From Candidatus Margulisiibacteriota bacterium (GTDB lineage: Bacteria > Margulisbacteria > WOR-1 > O2-12-FULL-45-9), in contig JBAZZP010000001.1 in assembly GCA_041658745.1 (NCBI GenBank), positions 165,434 to 229,433 of the forward strand: a stretch of 64,000 nt of DNA, in the 5' to 3' direction. Below the pieces are notes generated by a model that saw only the letters and a program-made list of their open reading frames with translations, made no database searches and had not been told where the DNA came from. Shown one piece after another: positions 19,540 to 29,448 of this stretch. The position numbers and the translations under genes are program-made. The number at the start of each line of letters is the position of its first letter. Position 1 is the first letter of the stretch.

Positions 19540-21014
19540 ACAGATGATCCTGCTTTTCTAATAAACCCTCTTAACACAGCCAGATATTTTTGCGGAGAAA
19601 AATAAGGAAAAGAGATAAAACAGAGAAACAACAAAAACAATAGTATCTTACACACGAAATACAGCAGCATACTAAGTTTGATCCCGATAAAAATATAATA
19701 TAGACCCGCGAAAAGAAAGAAAATGCTAAACGTATAAGTGAGATATTTTAGTGGGGTAACATGCATTTTCAAAACATGTTTGACTACAAACCAAGTTAAT
19801 AAAAACATTATTAAATATGAAAGGGTTGAGGTATAAGCAGCTGCCATGTACCCATACAGCGGAATAAAAAATATATTCAAAACAATACTTATTAAGCCGC
19901 AAGCAATAGAGATGACCGAACCGTAAATCATTTGTTTTGAATAACCGATATATCTAGCGTAAATTGTAAACATGGCAAAAAAAATATTGCCCATTACAAT
20001 CCAAGGTATAATTGGGATACCGGCACAATATTTTCTACCAGCCAAAACCATTACGATTTCAGGAGAAAAGATCATTAGTAAAAACGCAAATACAACGATT
20101 AAAATAAATGCTTTTTTTACCAATCGGTCTAAACGGACGTTTTCCCCAATATTTAAAAAATGAAAAAAATCAGGGATCAAAGCTGAGTTAACGGAAAGGA
20201 TAAATGACTGCAGAATCATACCAATGTTGCTACCAAGACTGTAAATGCCAGCCGATGCAGCGCCCTGCACGTTGTTGATAATTATTCTATCCGCCTGCGC
20301 CAATATGACCCCACTTAAAGTGTAAGGGATTAGAGGTAATCCCAAATACAAAGCATATTTTAGATATTCAAATTTAAATTCAAAAGAAACATATTTCTTA
20401 AGGAGTTTCAAGCAATATGTCGAAACAATAATCCCACCAATAATCTGCCCCCAAATAAGCCCTAAATAACGCGCTTGCACAAAGACAAAAACCAATGCAA
20501 TACTACAACTAACTGCCAAAAAGGCCTTTGAGAAATCAAGCGCCACTAACAATTGGCTCTTGCGCTCTGCCTCAAGAATTTGCCGATTAATCGAATCAAT
20601 TAACGTCAATAAAATAAAAACCATCAAAGGGAAAAAGAGACCAACTGGAATTCCCAACCAACTTGACAAGTTATCTCGAAATATATAGGCGATAATTGCA
20701 TTGATTACAAACAATGGGAAAAAGGCAATGACAATACTGCTGATAAACCCGCCAATGTCCTTTTTGTCTTCATAATAATACCTGCCGACCGAAGTAAACA
20801 AATTAAAGGTCATTAAGACTGAAAGAATGCTTGCGGCTGAACCATACAAATTAACTATTCCATATTCATTTAAGGTTAACATCCTAGTAAAAATTGGAAT
20901 AGAAATAACACTTAAGGCTTTGATCGCCAAGTTGCCACCAAAATAATTTCTAGAATGTTTCAGCGTTGAGCCGATATCATCGGATTTTATTTTATTCAGG
21001 AAGCGTTTGATCAT
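19536..21014 (-). CDS. wzx: Wzx-type oligosaccharide flippase (MOP superfamily)
   Basis: About 12 TM segments, typical Wzx N-terminus (GGNLAIKALSVISIPIFTRMLTLNEYG). The ORF track starts at 21092. I place the start at the ATG 21014..21012, which forms an ATGA overlap with the upstream stop. Confidence 0.7.
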   Translation of the reverse strand: MIKRFLNKIKSDDIGSTLKHSRNYFGGNLAIKALSVISIPIFTRMLTLNEYGIVNLYGSAASILSVLMTFNLFTSVGRYYYEDKKDIGGFISSIVIAFFPLFVINAIIAYIFRDNLSSWLGIPVGLFFPLMVFILLTLIDSINRQILEAERKSQLLVALDFSKAFLAVSCSIALVFVFVQARYLGLIWGQIIGGIIVSTYCLKLLKKYVSFEFKFEYLKYALYLGLPLIPYTLSGVILAQADRIIINNVQGAASAGIYSLGSNIGMILQSFILSVNSALIPDFFHFLNIGENVRLDRLVKKAFILIVVFAFLLMIFSPEIVMVLAGRKYCAGIPIIPWIVMGNIFFAMFTIYARYIGYSKQMIYGSVISIACGLISIVLNIFFIPLYGYMAAAYTSTLSYLIMFLLTWFVVKHVLKMHVTPLKYLTYTFSIFFLFAGLYYIFIGIKLSMLLYFVCKILLFLLFLCFISFPYFSPQKYLAVLRGFIRKAGSSV

Positions 21015-23083
21015 GCAGTTATATCTTTGGATGGGAAAAATAGATCTGTATATCTTTGAGTAACTACAGCTTCGCCCTTTTTGGCACAACATATTTTCAA
21101 ATAACCGTTGCCATCATCTTCAATTTTCAATTCTTTTCCGCCTTGCGTGCAATGAAGACCAAAATCAAAACTATATTTGATGATATGATCTCCATCACTA
21201 GCAAAAGTAATCTTCAGTGAACTTGTCCCAGCTTCAACCTTGGCAAAGGGGAAAGACTTTTCGTTGATAAAGGGTATAGCATAAAGAACAACTTTAAAAT
21301 CAGCCAATTTACTCTCATAATCTTCAATGAATGGCTCTTCACCTAATGCAATAAATCCAAATTCATCTAATTTTTTCTTGAATGGCTCTGTAAAAGCAAC
21401 TATATGGGTTATGCCCGAAGCAAGAATTGCTTGTTTTAGTTCGTCATAAGAAGAAGCACAATTAAAATAGGCACAAGTTTTTTCATACAAATCAAATTTA
21501 ATAAGTTCAACCATGGCGGAATTAAATATTTCACAGTTTTTATCAGCCAGATACAATGAAAAATACTCCGACAAAGTCTCAGAATGGATATTTCTCCCAC
21601 TTTTAACTGATCCTAGCTCAAAACCAACCCGATCAACCGCGGATAATTTGCCAAACAAATTATTTGCCTTTTTGATCAAGTCTTCTCGGGTGTTTAATTT
21701 GAACTTATAATAATAGTTATCCTCATGATTTTCCCAGCTTAGAAGATATGGAGGTAAAAACAAAAAGAATAATAACAATACGAGCGAAATCATATTAAAA
21801 GCATAAGCTAAGCATAAAATACCAACAACTGTCTGAAACATTCTGACAGTGTAAAGCGAGAAAAGCACTTTAATTTTAGCATTAATGTAACTTATGATCA
21901 CCGGACACATCGCCATGGCCAATACAACCAGGCTTCTAGAATAAAAAAATAGTGATAGTACAAATAACAAATAAAGCAAAAACTGCAGTAGGCGCAAATA
22001 GCCAAAACTATATTTGGAAGACCAGCCTTTATTAATCATTTTCATTCTGGTCATTTTTCTTATCTGCATTACAAATGGAACGATCCAACAACTAGCAACA
22101 AAAAAAGCAATAATTCCTGCTGGAAATAGATCAAAAAACTTTCCATGCAAAAGCGCATAGACGGCTATAAAAAAAACAAGTAAGCTCGCTACTCCAACAT
22201 GAGAAAGAACAAGTAAGCCCCAAAAAAGACCAGCAATATAGATATTTCCATATATAAATAAAACAAAACCGGAAAGGCCAAGCCCCCATGCTAAAATCTC
22301 ATAAACTCCTAATGAGGCATGTTCCCAGATAGTATTAGCTAACATAAAAAAGAAAAAGCAAGCGGCAATTTGCCATGGGGATATCAAGGCTATCTTATAG
22401 TATAGGGCAAACAAGCTAACAAACAGCAAAAGAGCTCCGAATAAAAAAGTAAGCCTGAATTTAAATTGCTTTATCATAAAGATTGAGAATGGAAAATGAT
22501 ATAACGAAACCGGAAAACCCATATATTCATTAAATGCATAGCCAAACAAACCATGCCTTTTTGCCCTATTTGCATATAAATACCAATAAATTACCCCAGA
22601 GAGACGGCCATTCATTCCAAAGCCAATAAAAGGCTTATCATCCTTTTCTCGTGGAAGGATAAAATTAGATAAAACCTCTCTTATTAAAAAAAGTGGTGTT
22701 AACAAGATAGCAATAAACGGGGAAAGCAACAAAGAAAAGGTATCCCAAAGCGCATTTAAAAAGCCATAAGACACATTGCCAATCTTAAAAGAAGTAAAGC
22801 ATAAAACAGATAAAAAATATAAGGCCAATTTAAATAACTTCGACAAAGGCTGATCTACCACACACAGCATTGATTTGGTTTTTAATTTACGGGCATTAAT
22901 TATTATAGATTTAAATTTGTTAATAGCATTTCCACCAGCCAGAGAAAAGATATTGTCAGGGCTGAATGCATCAGTGGAAAAGGAGGTTTTCCCGCAAATC
23001 AAGAGATCATCTCGAGAAAATTGCCCCTCATTCAACTTGTTTAAAAAATAAGAATCGGAAGCTAATTTAATTACGATATTCAT
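21011..23083 (-). CDS. large polytopic membrane protein with about 230-aa C-terminal soluble domain (candidate GT-C-type transferase)
   Basis: 690 aa. More than 10 hydrophobic helices across residues 90-450, then a hydrophilic C-terminal domain. No motif I can name with confidence. Confidence 0.35.
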   Translation of the reverse strand: MNIVIKLASDSYFLNKLNEGQFSRDDLLICGKTSFSTDAFSPDNIFSLAGGNAINKFKSIIINARKLKTKSMLCVVDQPLSKLFKLALYFLSVLCFTSFKIGNVSYGFLNALWDTFSLLLSPFIAILLTPLFLIREVLSNFILPREKDDKPFIGFGMNGRLSGVIYWYLYANRAKRHGLFGYAFNEYMGFPVSLYHFPFSIFMIKQFKFRLTFLFGALLLFVSLFALYYKIALISPWQIAACFFFFMLANTIWEHASLGVYEILAWGLGLSGFVLFIYGNIYIAGLFWGLLVLSHVGVASLLVFFIAVYALLHGKFFDLFPAGIIAFFVASCWIVPFVMQIRKMTRMKMINKGWSSKYSFGYLRLLQFLLYLLFVLSLFFYSRSLVVLAMAMCPVIISYINAKIKVLFSLYTVRMFQTVVGILCLAYAFNMISLVLLLFFLFLPPYLLSWENHEDNYYYKFKLNTREDLIKKANNLFGKLSAVDRVGFELGSVKSGRNIHSETLSEYFSLYLADKNCEIFNSAMVELIKFDLYEKTCAYFNCASSYDELKQAILASGITHIVAFTEPFKKKLDEFGFIALGEEPFIEDYESKLADFKVVLYAIPFINEKSFPFAKVEAGTSSLKITFASDGDHIIKYSFDFGLHCTQGGKELKIEDDGNGYLKICCAKKGEAVVTQRYTDLFFPSKDITA

Positions 23084-23104
23084 GTATTTTCACTATAAGG
23101 GAAT

Positions 23105-23902
23105 CTATTGTTTGGATAGAGCGAAAAATATAATCCCACCTTTGCCTTTTCCTTCAAATTTATTAACCAGCACTTCTGCCAGCCAAACAAACAGGCCAAT
23201 ATACTTGTTTCTAATTTGCGGCAAAACTATCCAGCGGTTTAACAATTTTTTACAAATAAAAGACAAAAAAGCAAAAGGAGCCATAAAATCATTCATTAAG
23301 CAAACGAATTTTGAATCATATTCAATTGCTTCTTTAACTTTAAACCCGTTTTTTTCAAACAAGGCAGTCCATTCTTCCCTGTTATGAAAATTATAGTGCC
23401 TCCAAAATCGATTAAAAAACCGTCGATATTTTTCCGCCAGTTCTGTTAGTCGCAATGATGAGAGAAACTGATATATAACACTATAATTATCAAACATATC
23501 GGTCGGCACTGTAACGTAAAACACCCCTTGGTCAGAAAGCAACCGATGAGCTTCTTGTAACACCGGTTCTAATGAAGGGATATGCTCCAAAACACTGTTA
23601 CTCATGATTGTATTAAAAAAATTAGATGGTTTTGTGATTTTATCCCCATAACACTCAATTAATTCAGCATACATTCCATATTCTTTAGCACGCTGTAATT
23701 CGGATTTGTTGGGATCAATGCCCACATCAATTTTTTCCGCAAACAATATAAAAGCAAACATACCTTCTCCGCAGCCAATATCCAAAATCGGACGATTAAA
23801 AGCGTGCTTTGAAAGTATCCTACATTCCAAATAACGCTCAATGGCAAGCGGAATCGGGGCTTCCTTCATATAGTTATCAAGGAAGTTGGTTTTAAAATTC
23901 AT
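23105..23902 (-). CDS. class I SAM-dependent methyltransferase
   Basis: 265 aa. ILDIGCGEGMF (motif I), NSVLEHIPS, GVFYVTVP. Confidence 0.75.
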   Translation of the reverse strand: MNFKTNFLDNYMKEAPIPLAIERYLECRILSKHAFNRPILDIGCGEGMFAFILFAEKIDVGIDPNKSELQRAKEYGMYAELIECYGDKITKPSNFFNTIMSNSVLEHIPSLEPVLQEAHRLLSDQGVFYVTVPTDMFDNYSVIYQFLSSLRLTELAEKYRRFFNRFWRHYNFHNREEWTALFEKNGFKVKEAIEYDSKFVCLMNDFMAPFAFLSFICKKLLNRWIVLPQIRNKYIGLFVWLAEVLVNKFEGKGKGGIIFFALSKQ

Positions 23903-23904
23903 TT

Positions 23905-25002
23905 TTATCTCCTTAGTTTTTTTAAATTTTCGCAGATAAATGCGATTTCTTCTTCTGACAGCGAAGGGAATGAAGGCAAACTCAACACATTTGCCCCAAC
24001 TTCTTCCGAAACAGGAAGCGCTGGTGCATGATATAAGGGCATAACACTAAAAGGATAAAAGCCTGGCCGCGTTTCAATCCCTTTTTCTTGCATTTGATTA
24101 ATTATTGCGTCCCTATTAAACTTAAAAGCTAAAGGATCAACTTTTACAGCGATTGCCCAAACAACCGGATCAACCGGCTTGGAAAAATGTTGCATTGTTA
24201 CGCCTGCAATATCGCTCAAAAATTTAGTATATAACAAGAAAACTCTTTTCTTTTCTGCAATTATTGCTGAGACGTTCTCCAACTGGCCACAACCTACCGC
24301 TGCTTGCATATTAGTAAGGCGGAAATTGTAACCAATAACATCATGCCAATAACGCTTGCCTATGCGCATACCATGATCGCGAATTAGTCGCATAGCTTTA
24401 TAGAGCTGTTCATTCTCCGTTAAAACACAGCCGCCTTCTCCCATTGTAATCGTCTTGGTTGCCTGAAAGCTAAAACAGCCAATATCGCCAAGTGTTCCGG
24501 CATATTTATTGCCATATTTCGAAAAAGCTGCTTCAGCAGTATCTTCAATTACGGCACGGTTGTGCTTTTTAGCGATCGAATTTATTGTATCCATTTCACA
24601 TACATTTCCGTAAATGTGAACTGGAACAACCGCCTTGGTCTTCCCAGTAATACAACTTTCTATCGCAACTGGGTCAATACACCAAGTAGCGGGATCAATA
24701 TCGGCATAAATTGGGGTTGCTCCGGATTCAATTACCATGTTAATGGGAGCAACAAAAGTAAACCCAGGGACAATGACCTCATCTCCTGGTTGAAGATTTA
24801 GAGCCCAAATGGCTAATTGCAAGGCAGTTGTGCCATTTGAAGTGGTTATTCCAAAATGGGCCCTATTGTATTGCGTAAATTCCTTCTCAAATTTTTCAAT
24901 ATACTGCCCACCGGAAATCCAGGTAGACGCCAAAGCATCAGCCAAGTATTTTTGTTCTTGTTCGAAAAATAGCGGTTTTGCCCAAGGAATGTTTGCTTTC
25001 AT
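23905..25002 (-). CDS. DegT-family sugar aminotransferase (ArnB/PglE-like)
   Basis: 365 aa. DEVIVPGFTFVAP; PLP lysine in SFQATKTITMGEGGCV. Confidence 0.85.
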   Translation of the reverse strand: MKANIPWAKPLFFEQEQKYLADALASTWISGGQYIEKFEKEFTQYNRAHFGITTSNGTTALQLAIWALNLQPGDEVIVPGFTFVAPINMVIESGATPIYADIDPATWCIDPVAIESCITGKTKAVVPVHIYGNVCEMDTINSIAKKHNRAVIEDTAEAAFSKYGNKYAGTLGDIGCFSFQATKTITMGEGGCVLTENEQLYKAMRLIRDHGMRIGKRYWHDVIGYNFRLTNMQAAVGCGQLENVSAIIAEKKRVFLLYTKFLSDIAGVTMQHFSKPVDPVVWAIAVKVDPLAFKFNRDAIINQMQEKGIETRPGFYPFSVMPLYHAPALPVSEEVGANVLSLPSFPSLSEEEIAFICENLKKLRR

Positions 25003-25009
25003 TTTGTGT

Positions 25010-25762
25010 TTACCGCCATTTGCCCTTTTTAGCTATAAATTGCCGATAAGCATCTCTAGTTGGCATTGGATAGTAACTACCTTTCCCAGAAGAAGGGAAG
25101 ATTTCAAATTTATCACCCAACTTGAATTTTTCAATTGTTGTAACCATTAATCGAGCGGTAATCCTAGTCAGTTTTCTATAAAGAGAGTCGACACTTTCAT
25201 CGGGAGTAATATCAAATTTTTCCTGCATAATCACATTGCCAGCATCAATTTTTTCTGCCATATAAAATATGCTAACTCCAGATGAAGTCTCTTTATTAAC
25301 AAGCTGCCAAAAAAAGACTTCAAGCCCTCGATAATCCGGCAAAATGGAAGGATGACAACCAATTGTAGCAACCCGAGCAAGTTTAATCGTGGCTTCTTTA
25401 TAGATATGCATAGTAAAGGTAGAGACGATAAGATCAGGAGAAAAATCCTTGATATATTCATGTGCCTTAGATCCATTAATATCTTCTGTAAAATACACTT
25501 CTATTTTCCATTTCTTAGATCGAGAATATAAGGTGTCACCTTTAAATTTATAAATTAATCCGTCCCAAAAACGATTAAGACAGAAAACGAAACTGGCTTC
25601 ACGCAACATCTTAATGATGGAAGCAAAAAATGACTTCTTATAATATAATCCAGTCGTGATTATTATACAAAAATCTATGTGGGGATGATTCTTAACGATT
25701 TCGGAAATAATCTCACGCGCACCAAAGTTATCGTGACCGACAAGAATTATTTTTTTTATCAT
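25010..25762 (-). CDS. sugar N-formyltransferase (formyl_trans_N fold, ArnA-N/WbkC/VioF-like)
   Basis: HPSILPDYRGL (HxSLLPxxRG motif) and KIDAGNVI (catalytic Asp region). The track ORF begins with TTG at 25795; the ATG at 25762 (MIKKIILVGHD...) is the likelier start. Confidence 0.7.
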   Translation of the reverse strand: MIKKIILVGHDNFGAREIISEIVKNHPHIDFCIIITTGLYYKKSFFASIIKMLREASFVFCLNRFWDGLIYKFKGDTLYSRSKKWKIEVYFTEDINGSKAHEYIKDFSPDLIVSTFTMHIYKEATIKLARVATIGCHPSILPDYRGLEVFFWQLVNKETSSGVSIFYMAEKIDAGNVIMQEKFDITPDESVDSLYRKLTRITARLMVTTIEKFKLGDKFEIFPSSGKGSYYPMPTRDAYRQFIAKKGKWR

Positions 25763-25911
25763 TTCATTGATTCCCCATAGATGAAACAAACTCAATTTCC
25801 GGCAACGACATCAATAATTTACCACTTTGCATTAAATAATCTATTTTGTCTGCCTTTGCATCTGTTTCTGATATTATCGGAATTACTGACTCCGAAGTAA
25901 TGCAACCTGAT

Positions 25912-26364
25912 TTATCCATGTTTATACTGCTCTAATACGCGCAAAATAAACTCATTATCAATCTCATCCAACCATTCAAGTGGCGTTTTCCACATATAGT
26001 CAGAGGACTGATCATCCAACCGCACATTACTCCCACTAACATTGATCTCAAAAACTGTTGTGATCGCATGAGATATATGGGGAGCTAAGTGTTCTTCTAG
26101 AAGTACATCATACGTACCCAATTCTTTTAATGAAGACAAAGTTAAACCACATTCTTCTTTTAACTTCCTAATTGCTGCTTTTTTTCTTAATTCACCAAAA
26201 TGTACACGTCCACCCGGAAACCACCACTGTCCCTTAGCCGGTGGATTTCTTCGTTTTATCATCAATACTCGCTTTTCCATATTTATCACTAATAGATCCA
26301 CGCAAGATATAGGCATAGATTTAAGCACTTGACGGTAAAACTTATCATCAATATACATAAGCAT
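25912..26364 (-). CDS. NUDIX hydrolase (GDP-sugar/mannosyl hydrolase-like)
   Basis: 150 aa. Canonical Nudix box GGRVHFGELRKKAAIRKLKEECGL (Gx5Ex7REUxEExGU). Confidence 0.75.
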   Translation of the reverse strand: MLMYIDDKFYRQVLKSMPISCVDLLVINMEKRVLMIKRRNPPAKGQWWFPGGRVHFGELRKKAAIRKLKEECGLTLSSLKELGTYDVLLEEHLAPHISHAITTVFEINVSGSNVRLDDQSSDYMWKTPLEWLDEIDNEFILRVLEQYKHG

Positions 26365-26377
26365 CCTTCTTATATTA

Positions 26378-27637
26378 TTAATTATGCGTTATTGTCTCAA
26401 TATTAGGCAAAGGAAAAACCAATCCTCTCCCTCGGCTCATAAAATTCTTCTCTTTTAAGATGATGCTATCTTTGAAATGCCAAAGCAGAACCATGAAATA
26501 ATCGGGATTCAATCTCCTGGCATCATCTTCGGAAATAATTGGAATTAATGTTCCAGGGGTATAGCAGCCAAATTTATCAATATTAACTTCCGCAATAAAC
26601 GGAATGTCTTTTTCAGTCAAATTGCAAAATTGCAAAATCACGTTCCCTTTGGTTGAAGCTCCGTAGCCAAAAACCTTCTCCCCTCTTTTGTTGGCAGCCT
26701 CGACAAATGCCCGTAATTGGTCGCGATGAGCAAAAACTCGAGCTTTAAATTCAGAATAAGGCTTTAAGATATTTAAGCCAAGAGCTTCTTCTTTTAGTAA
26801 AATTTCATTAACAAGCGACACGTTTTCTGCATATTGCGATTGCTTTTTAGCCAACATGACAGAAAAACTTCCGCCATTAATCTTATTAAATTCTATATCA
26901 AGAATCTTAAAACCAACTCGATCAGCCATCCATTTAATTTGTTTTAGGCGATAGTATTCTAAATGTTCATGGCAAGCAGTATCATAGGAATTCATCTCTA
27001 GCATCGTTGGCATATAACTTTGCTCAAAGACCCATACTCCATCATCTGCTAAGACATCGTAAACCTGTCGCATAAAATCTAGCGGCGCTTCTAAATCATA
27101 AAACATGGCAATCGAAGTAATAATTTTTGCTTTTTTCTCACCCCAATTTTTTTTAACCGCAGCGGCAGAAAAGAAGTCAGGAACCAATTGAACGTGAGAA
27201 GGATAATATTGTTTAAATTTAATCCCAGTTGGATCAATTCCGGCCAATACATATCCTTTATTGGGATAAGCTTGCAAAAGAGTGCTGTCATTACTACCAA
27301 TATCGATTACTAAATCATTTGCTTTAAGCTCTACGGCTGCAAGAATTCGTTTCACCTTGGCATTTAAATGCTGTACCATGGAATGATTCAGTCCCGATCG
27401 ATAGCCATAGTTATCCCCGTACATTTCACCCAAATCGTATGAATGCTTGAGCTGTAATAAGCCACAGTGTTTACCTTCTTCATCTTCTTGGCACTTAACT
27501 AATATTAAAGGGCCAGAAGTAACCAGCTGATCTTTTGTCTTCGGAAAGACTCCGGTCAAAGCCTGCACTCCCAAGTCAAGCACTGGAACAAGATCAGAAT
27601 TCCCACAAATTCGGCACTTACTTATTTCTTTGTACAT
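26378..27637 (-). CDS. NDP-hexose C-methyltransferase (TylCIII-like: Zn-ribbon + SAM MTase + C-methyltransferase C-terminal domain)
   Basis: 419 aa. N-terminal CRICG...C pair, DLVIDIGSNDSTLL (motif I), long C-terminal domain. Confidence 0.65.
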   Translation of the reverse strand: MYKEISKCRICGNSDLVPVLDLGVQALTGVFPKTKDQLVTSGPLILVKCQEDEEGKHCGLLQLKHSYDLGEMYGDNYGYRSGLNHSMVQHLNAKVKRILAAVELKANDLVIDIGSNDSTLLQAYPNKGYVLAGIDPTGIKFKQYYPSHVQLVPDFFSAAAVKKNWGEKKAKIITSIAMFYDLEAPLDFMRQVYDVLADDGVWVFEQSYMPTMLEMNSYDTACHEHLEYYRLKQIKWMADRVGFKILDIEFNKINGGSFSVMLAKKQSQYAENVSLVNEILLKEEALGLNILKPYSEFKARVFAHRDQLRAFVEAANKRGEKVFGYGASTKGNVILQFCNLTEKDIPFIAEVNIDKFGCYTPGTLIPIISEDDARRLNPDYFMVLLWHFKDSIILKEKNFMSRGRGLVFPLPNIETITHN

Positions 27638-28365
27638 CTGTTTTTGATCCTTTCTTTATAAGCCAATTTTAGCGACTCATAAAAATACTGCAGAAAAACT
27701 TTAATAAACTTTTGATTTCCTTCCCCCGTTGTTCGCTTACCATTTAAGGCAGGAAACTGCAAAATATTAGCCCCATTTTTCTGTAAATAAAACATTAAGC
27801 GAATACAATAATCACCGTATCCCCAAAAAATAGCATCGTAATCGCATTGCTGGATAACTTCTTTTTTTATGGCAAAAAAACCATATAAGCTATCTGTCAC
27901 CATTCCTTTGGTTATAATCCGAACAAAGATATTAAAAATCCAGCTCAAAAGATGGCGGGATCGGCTATCCATTCCACCACCATAAACAAAACGGGAAGCC
28001 GCGACACAATCGTAATGCGAAAGGGCTTGAACCATAAAAGGGAGATATTGGGGTTGGTGGTTAAAATCGGAATCCATAACCACAAAAACTTCGCCGGTAG
28101 CCTTTTCTAAACCGCAACGAATTGAATTGGCAAAGCCGCGATTTTTGGTCCGCAGAATCGGTTTTGCATAGGGCAAATTAAGCGCCAAGATAGCTTCATA
28201 AGTACCATCCGGACTATTATCATCAACCACGATTATTTCATGCTCGTTTTCGGTTAACTGCGCATGAATAACCTCAATTAGCCGAAGAACATTTTGTTTT
28301 TCGTTGTAAGTTGGCAAAATAACAGAAACTTTTACGTTTTTCATAAAACCAACATATCTCCTCAA
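27622..28365 (-). CDS. GT2 polyprenyl-phosphate sugar synthase (ArnC/DPM1-like)
   Basis: 247 aa. VSVILPTYNEKQNV, IIVVDDNSPDGT, VVMDSDFNHQP. Soluble, with no TM, like ArnC/GtrB-type enzymes. Confidence 0.7.
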   Translation of the reverse strand: MRRYVGFMKNVKVSVILPTYNEKQNVLRLIEVIHAQLTENEHEIIVVDDNSPDGTYEAILALNLPYAKPILRTKNRGFANSIRCGLEKATGEVFVVMDSDFNHQPQYLPFMVQALSHYDCVAASRFVYGGGMDSRSRHLLSWIFNIFVRIITKGMVTDSLYGFFAIKKEVIQQCDYDAIFWGYGDYCIRLMFYLQKNGANILQFPALNGKRTTGEGNQKFIKVFLQYFYESLKLAYKERIKNRCTKK

Positions 28366-28377
28366 TCGTGCTTTAAG

Positions 28378-29421
28378 TTATTGCGCATAGATAGAAGGGT
28401 CATTAATTGCATCCCAAGGGAAAACTTTACCTTTTAAATGACTTTGCCAACGATCAAGATCGCCTTGAACCATTAACTTCACTAATTCCTTTAATTTTGT
28501 TTTTGGCTCCCAGCCAATAACTTTTCTAATTTTTGAAGCATCCCCTATTAAGCAATTAACATCCAGGGGCCTTAGATGTTTTTTATCTTGCGAAACAACG
28601 TCTTTTGGATCCACTCCAGCATTTTCACATGCCAGCTCAAAGAATTCTCTTACTGTATGACTTTCACCGGTAGCAACCACATAATCATCAGGGGTATTGT
28701 GCTGCAACATTTTCCACATGGCTTCGACATATTCTGGCGCATATCCCCAATCACGTTTAGCATCTAAGTTGCCAAGTACAATCTTTTTCTGCAATCCCAG
28801 CTTAATTCTGGCAACTGCATTAGAAATTTTTCTGGTTACAAATTCAAGTCCGCGCAACGGTGATTCATGGTTAAACAATATCCCATTAACTGCAAAAATT
28901 CCATAAGCTTCTCGATAAATTCTAATTTGATGATATGAATAGAGTTTAGCTGACGCGTAGGGAGAGGAAGGCCAAAAAACATGGTGCTCATTTAGCTCAA
29001 CATTATTCACCAAATTCGCTGCTTTTCCGTTACCATATAATTCAGATGTAGAGGCTTGATAGATTTTTATCTTTGGATTAATTTGTTTGGCGGATTCTAG
29101 CAGCATTACAACCCCAATACCGTCAACCTGAGCCGTGACTAATGGCTGGTCAAAGGAAGTTCCAACAAAACTCTGCGCCGCCAAATTATAAATTTCATCA
29201 GGTTCTGACTGGATAATTGCATTACTAATTGAAGCCATGTCTGTCATATCTCCAGGAATTAATTGCACCTGATCATTAACACCTAGGCTAAGCAGTCTCC
29301 AGATATTGGTACTCGACGTCCTACGATATAGACCAAAAACAGAATACCCCTTTTCTAAGAGTAATTTGGCTAAATAGGCCCCATCTTGACCTGTTATACC
29401 AGTAATTAATGCTCTTTTCAT
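28378..29421 (-). CDS. gmd: GDP-mannose 4,6-dehydratase
   Basis: 347 aa. GITGQDGAYLAKLLLEKGY, YASAKLYSY, LFNHESPLRG, all hallmark GMD motifs. Confidence 0.9.
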   Translation of the reverse strand: MKRALITGITGQDGAYLAKLLLEKGYSVFGLYRRTSSTNIWRLLSLGVNDQVQLIPGDMTDMASISNAIIQSEPDEIYNLAAQSFVGTSFDQPLVTAQVDGIGVVMLLESAKQINPKIKIYQASTSELYGNGKAANLVNNVELNEHHVFWPSSPYASAKLYSYHQIRIYREAYGIFAVNGILFNHESPLRGLEFVTRKISNAVARIKLGLQKKIVLGNLDAKRDWGYAPEYVEAMWKMLQHNTPDDYVVATGESHTVREFFELACENAGVDPKDVVSQDKKHLRPLDVNCLIGDASKIRKVIGWEPKTKLKELVKLMVQGDLDRWQSHLKGKVFPWDAINDPSIYAQ

Positions 29422-29448
29422 GCAAAATTCCTCCTAAACCAGCTAGAA

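Noticed and set aside
21015-21092. N-terminal 26-codon extension of the Wzx ORF (track start 21092)
   Set aside because: It would overlap the upstream gene by 80 nt. An in-frame ATG at 21014 forms a clean ATGA stop/start overlap, which fits the coupling seen elsewhere in the operon.
25763-25795. TTG-initiated 11-codon extension of the formyltransferase ORF
   Set aside because: The ATG at 25762 yields the canonical MIKKIILVG formyltransferase N-terminus.
25796-25911. Possible hairpin (ATTACT-8nt-AGTAAT) after the Nudix gene as an intrinsic terminator
   Set aside because: The stem is only 6 bp and entirely A/T, and it is not followed by a U-tract on the transcribed strand. It is unlikely to terminate transcription efficiently.
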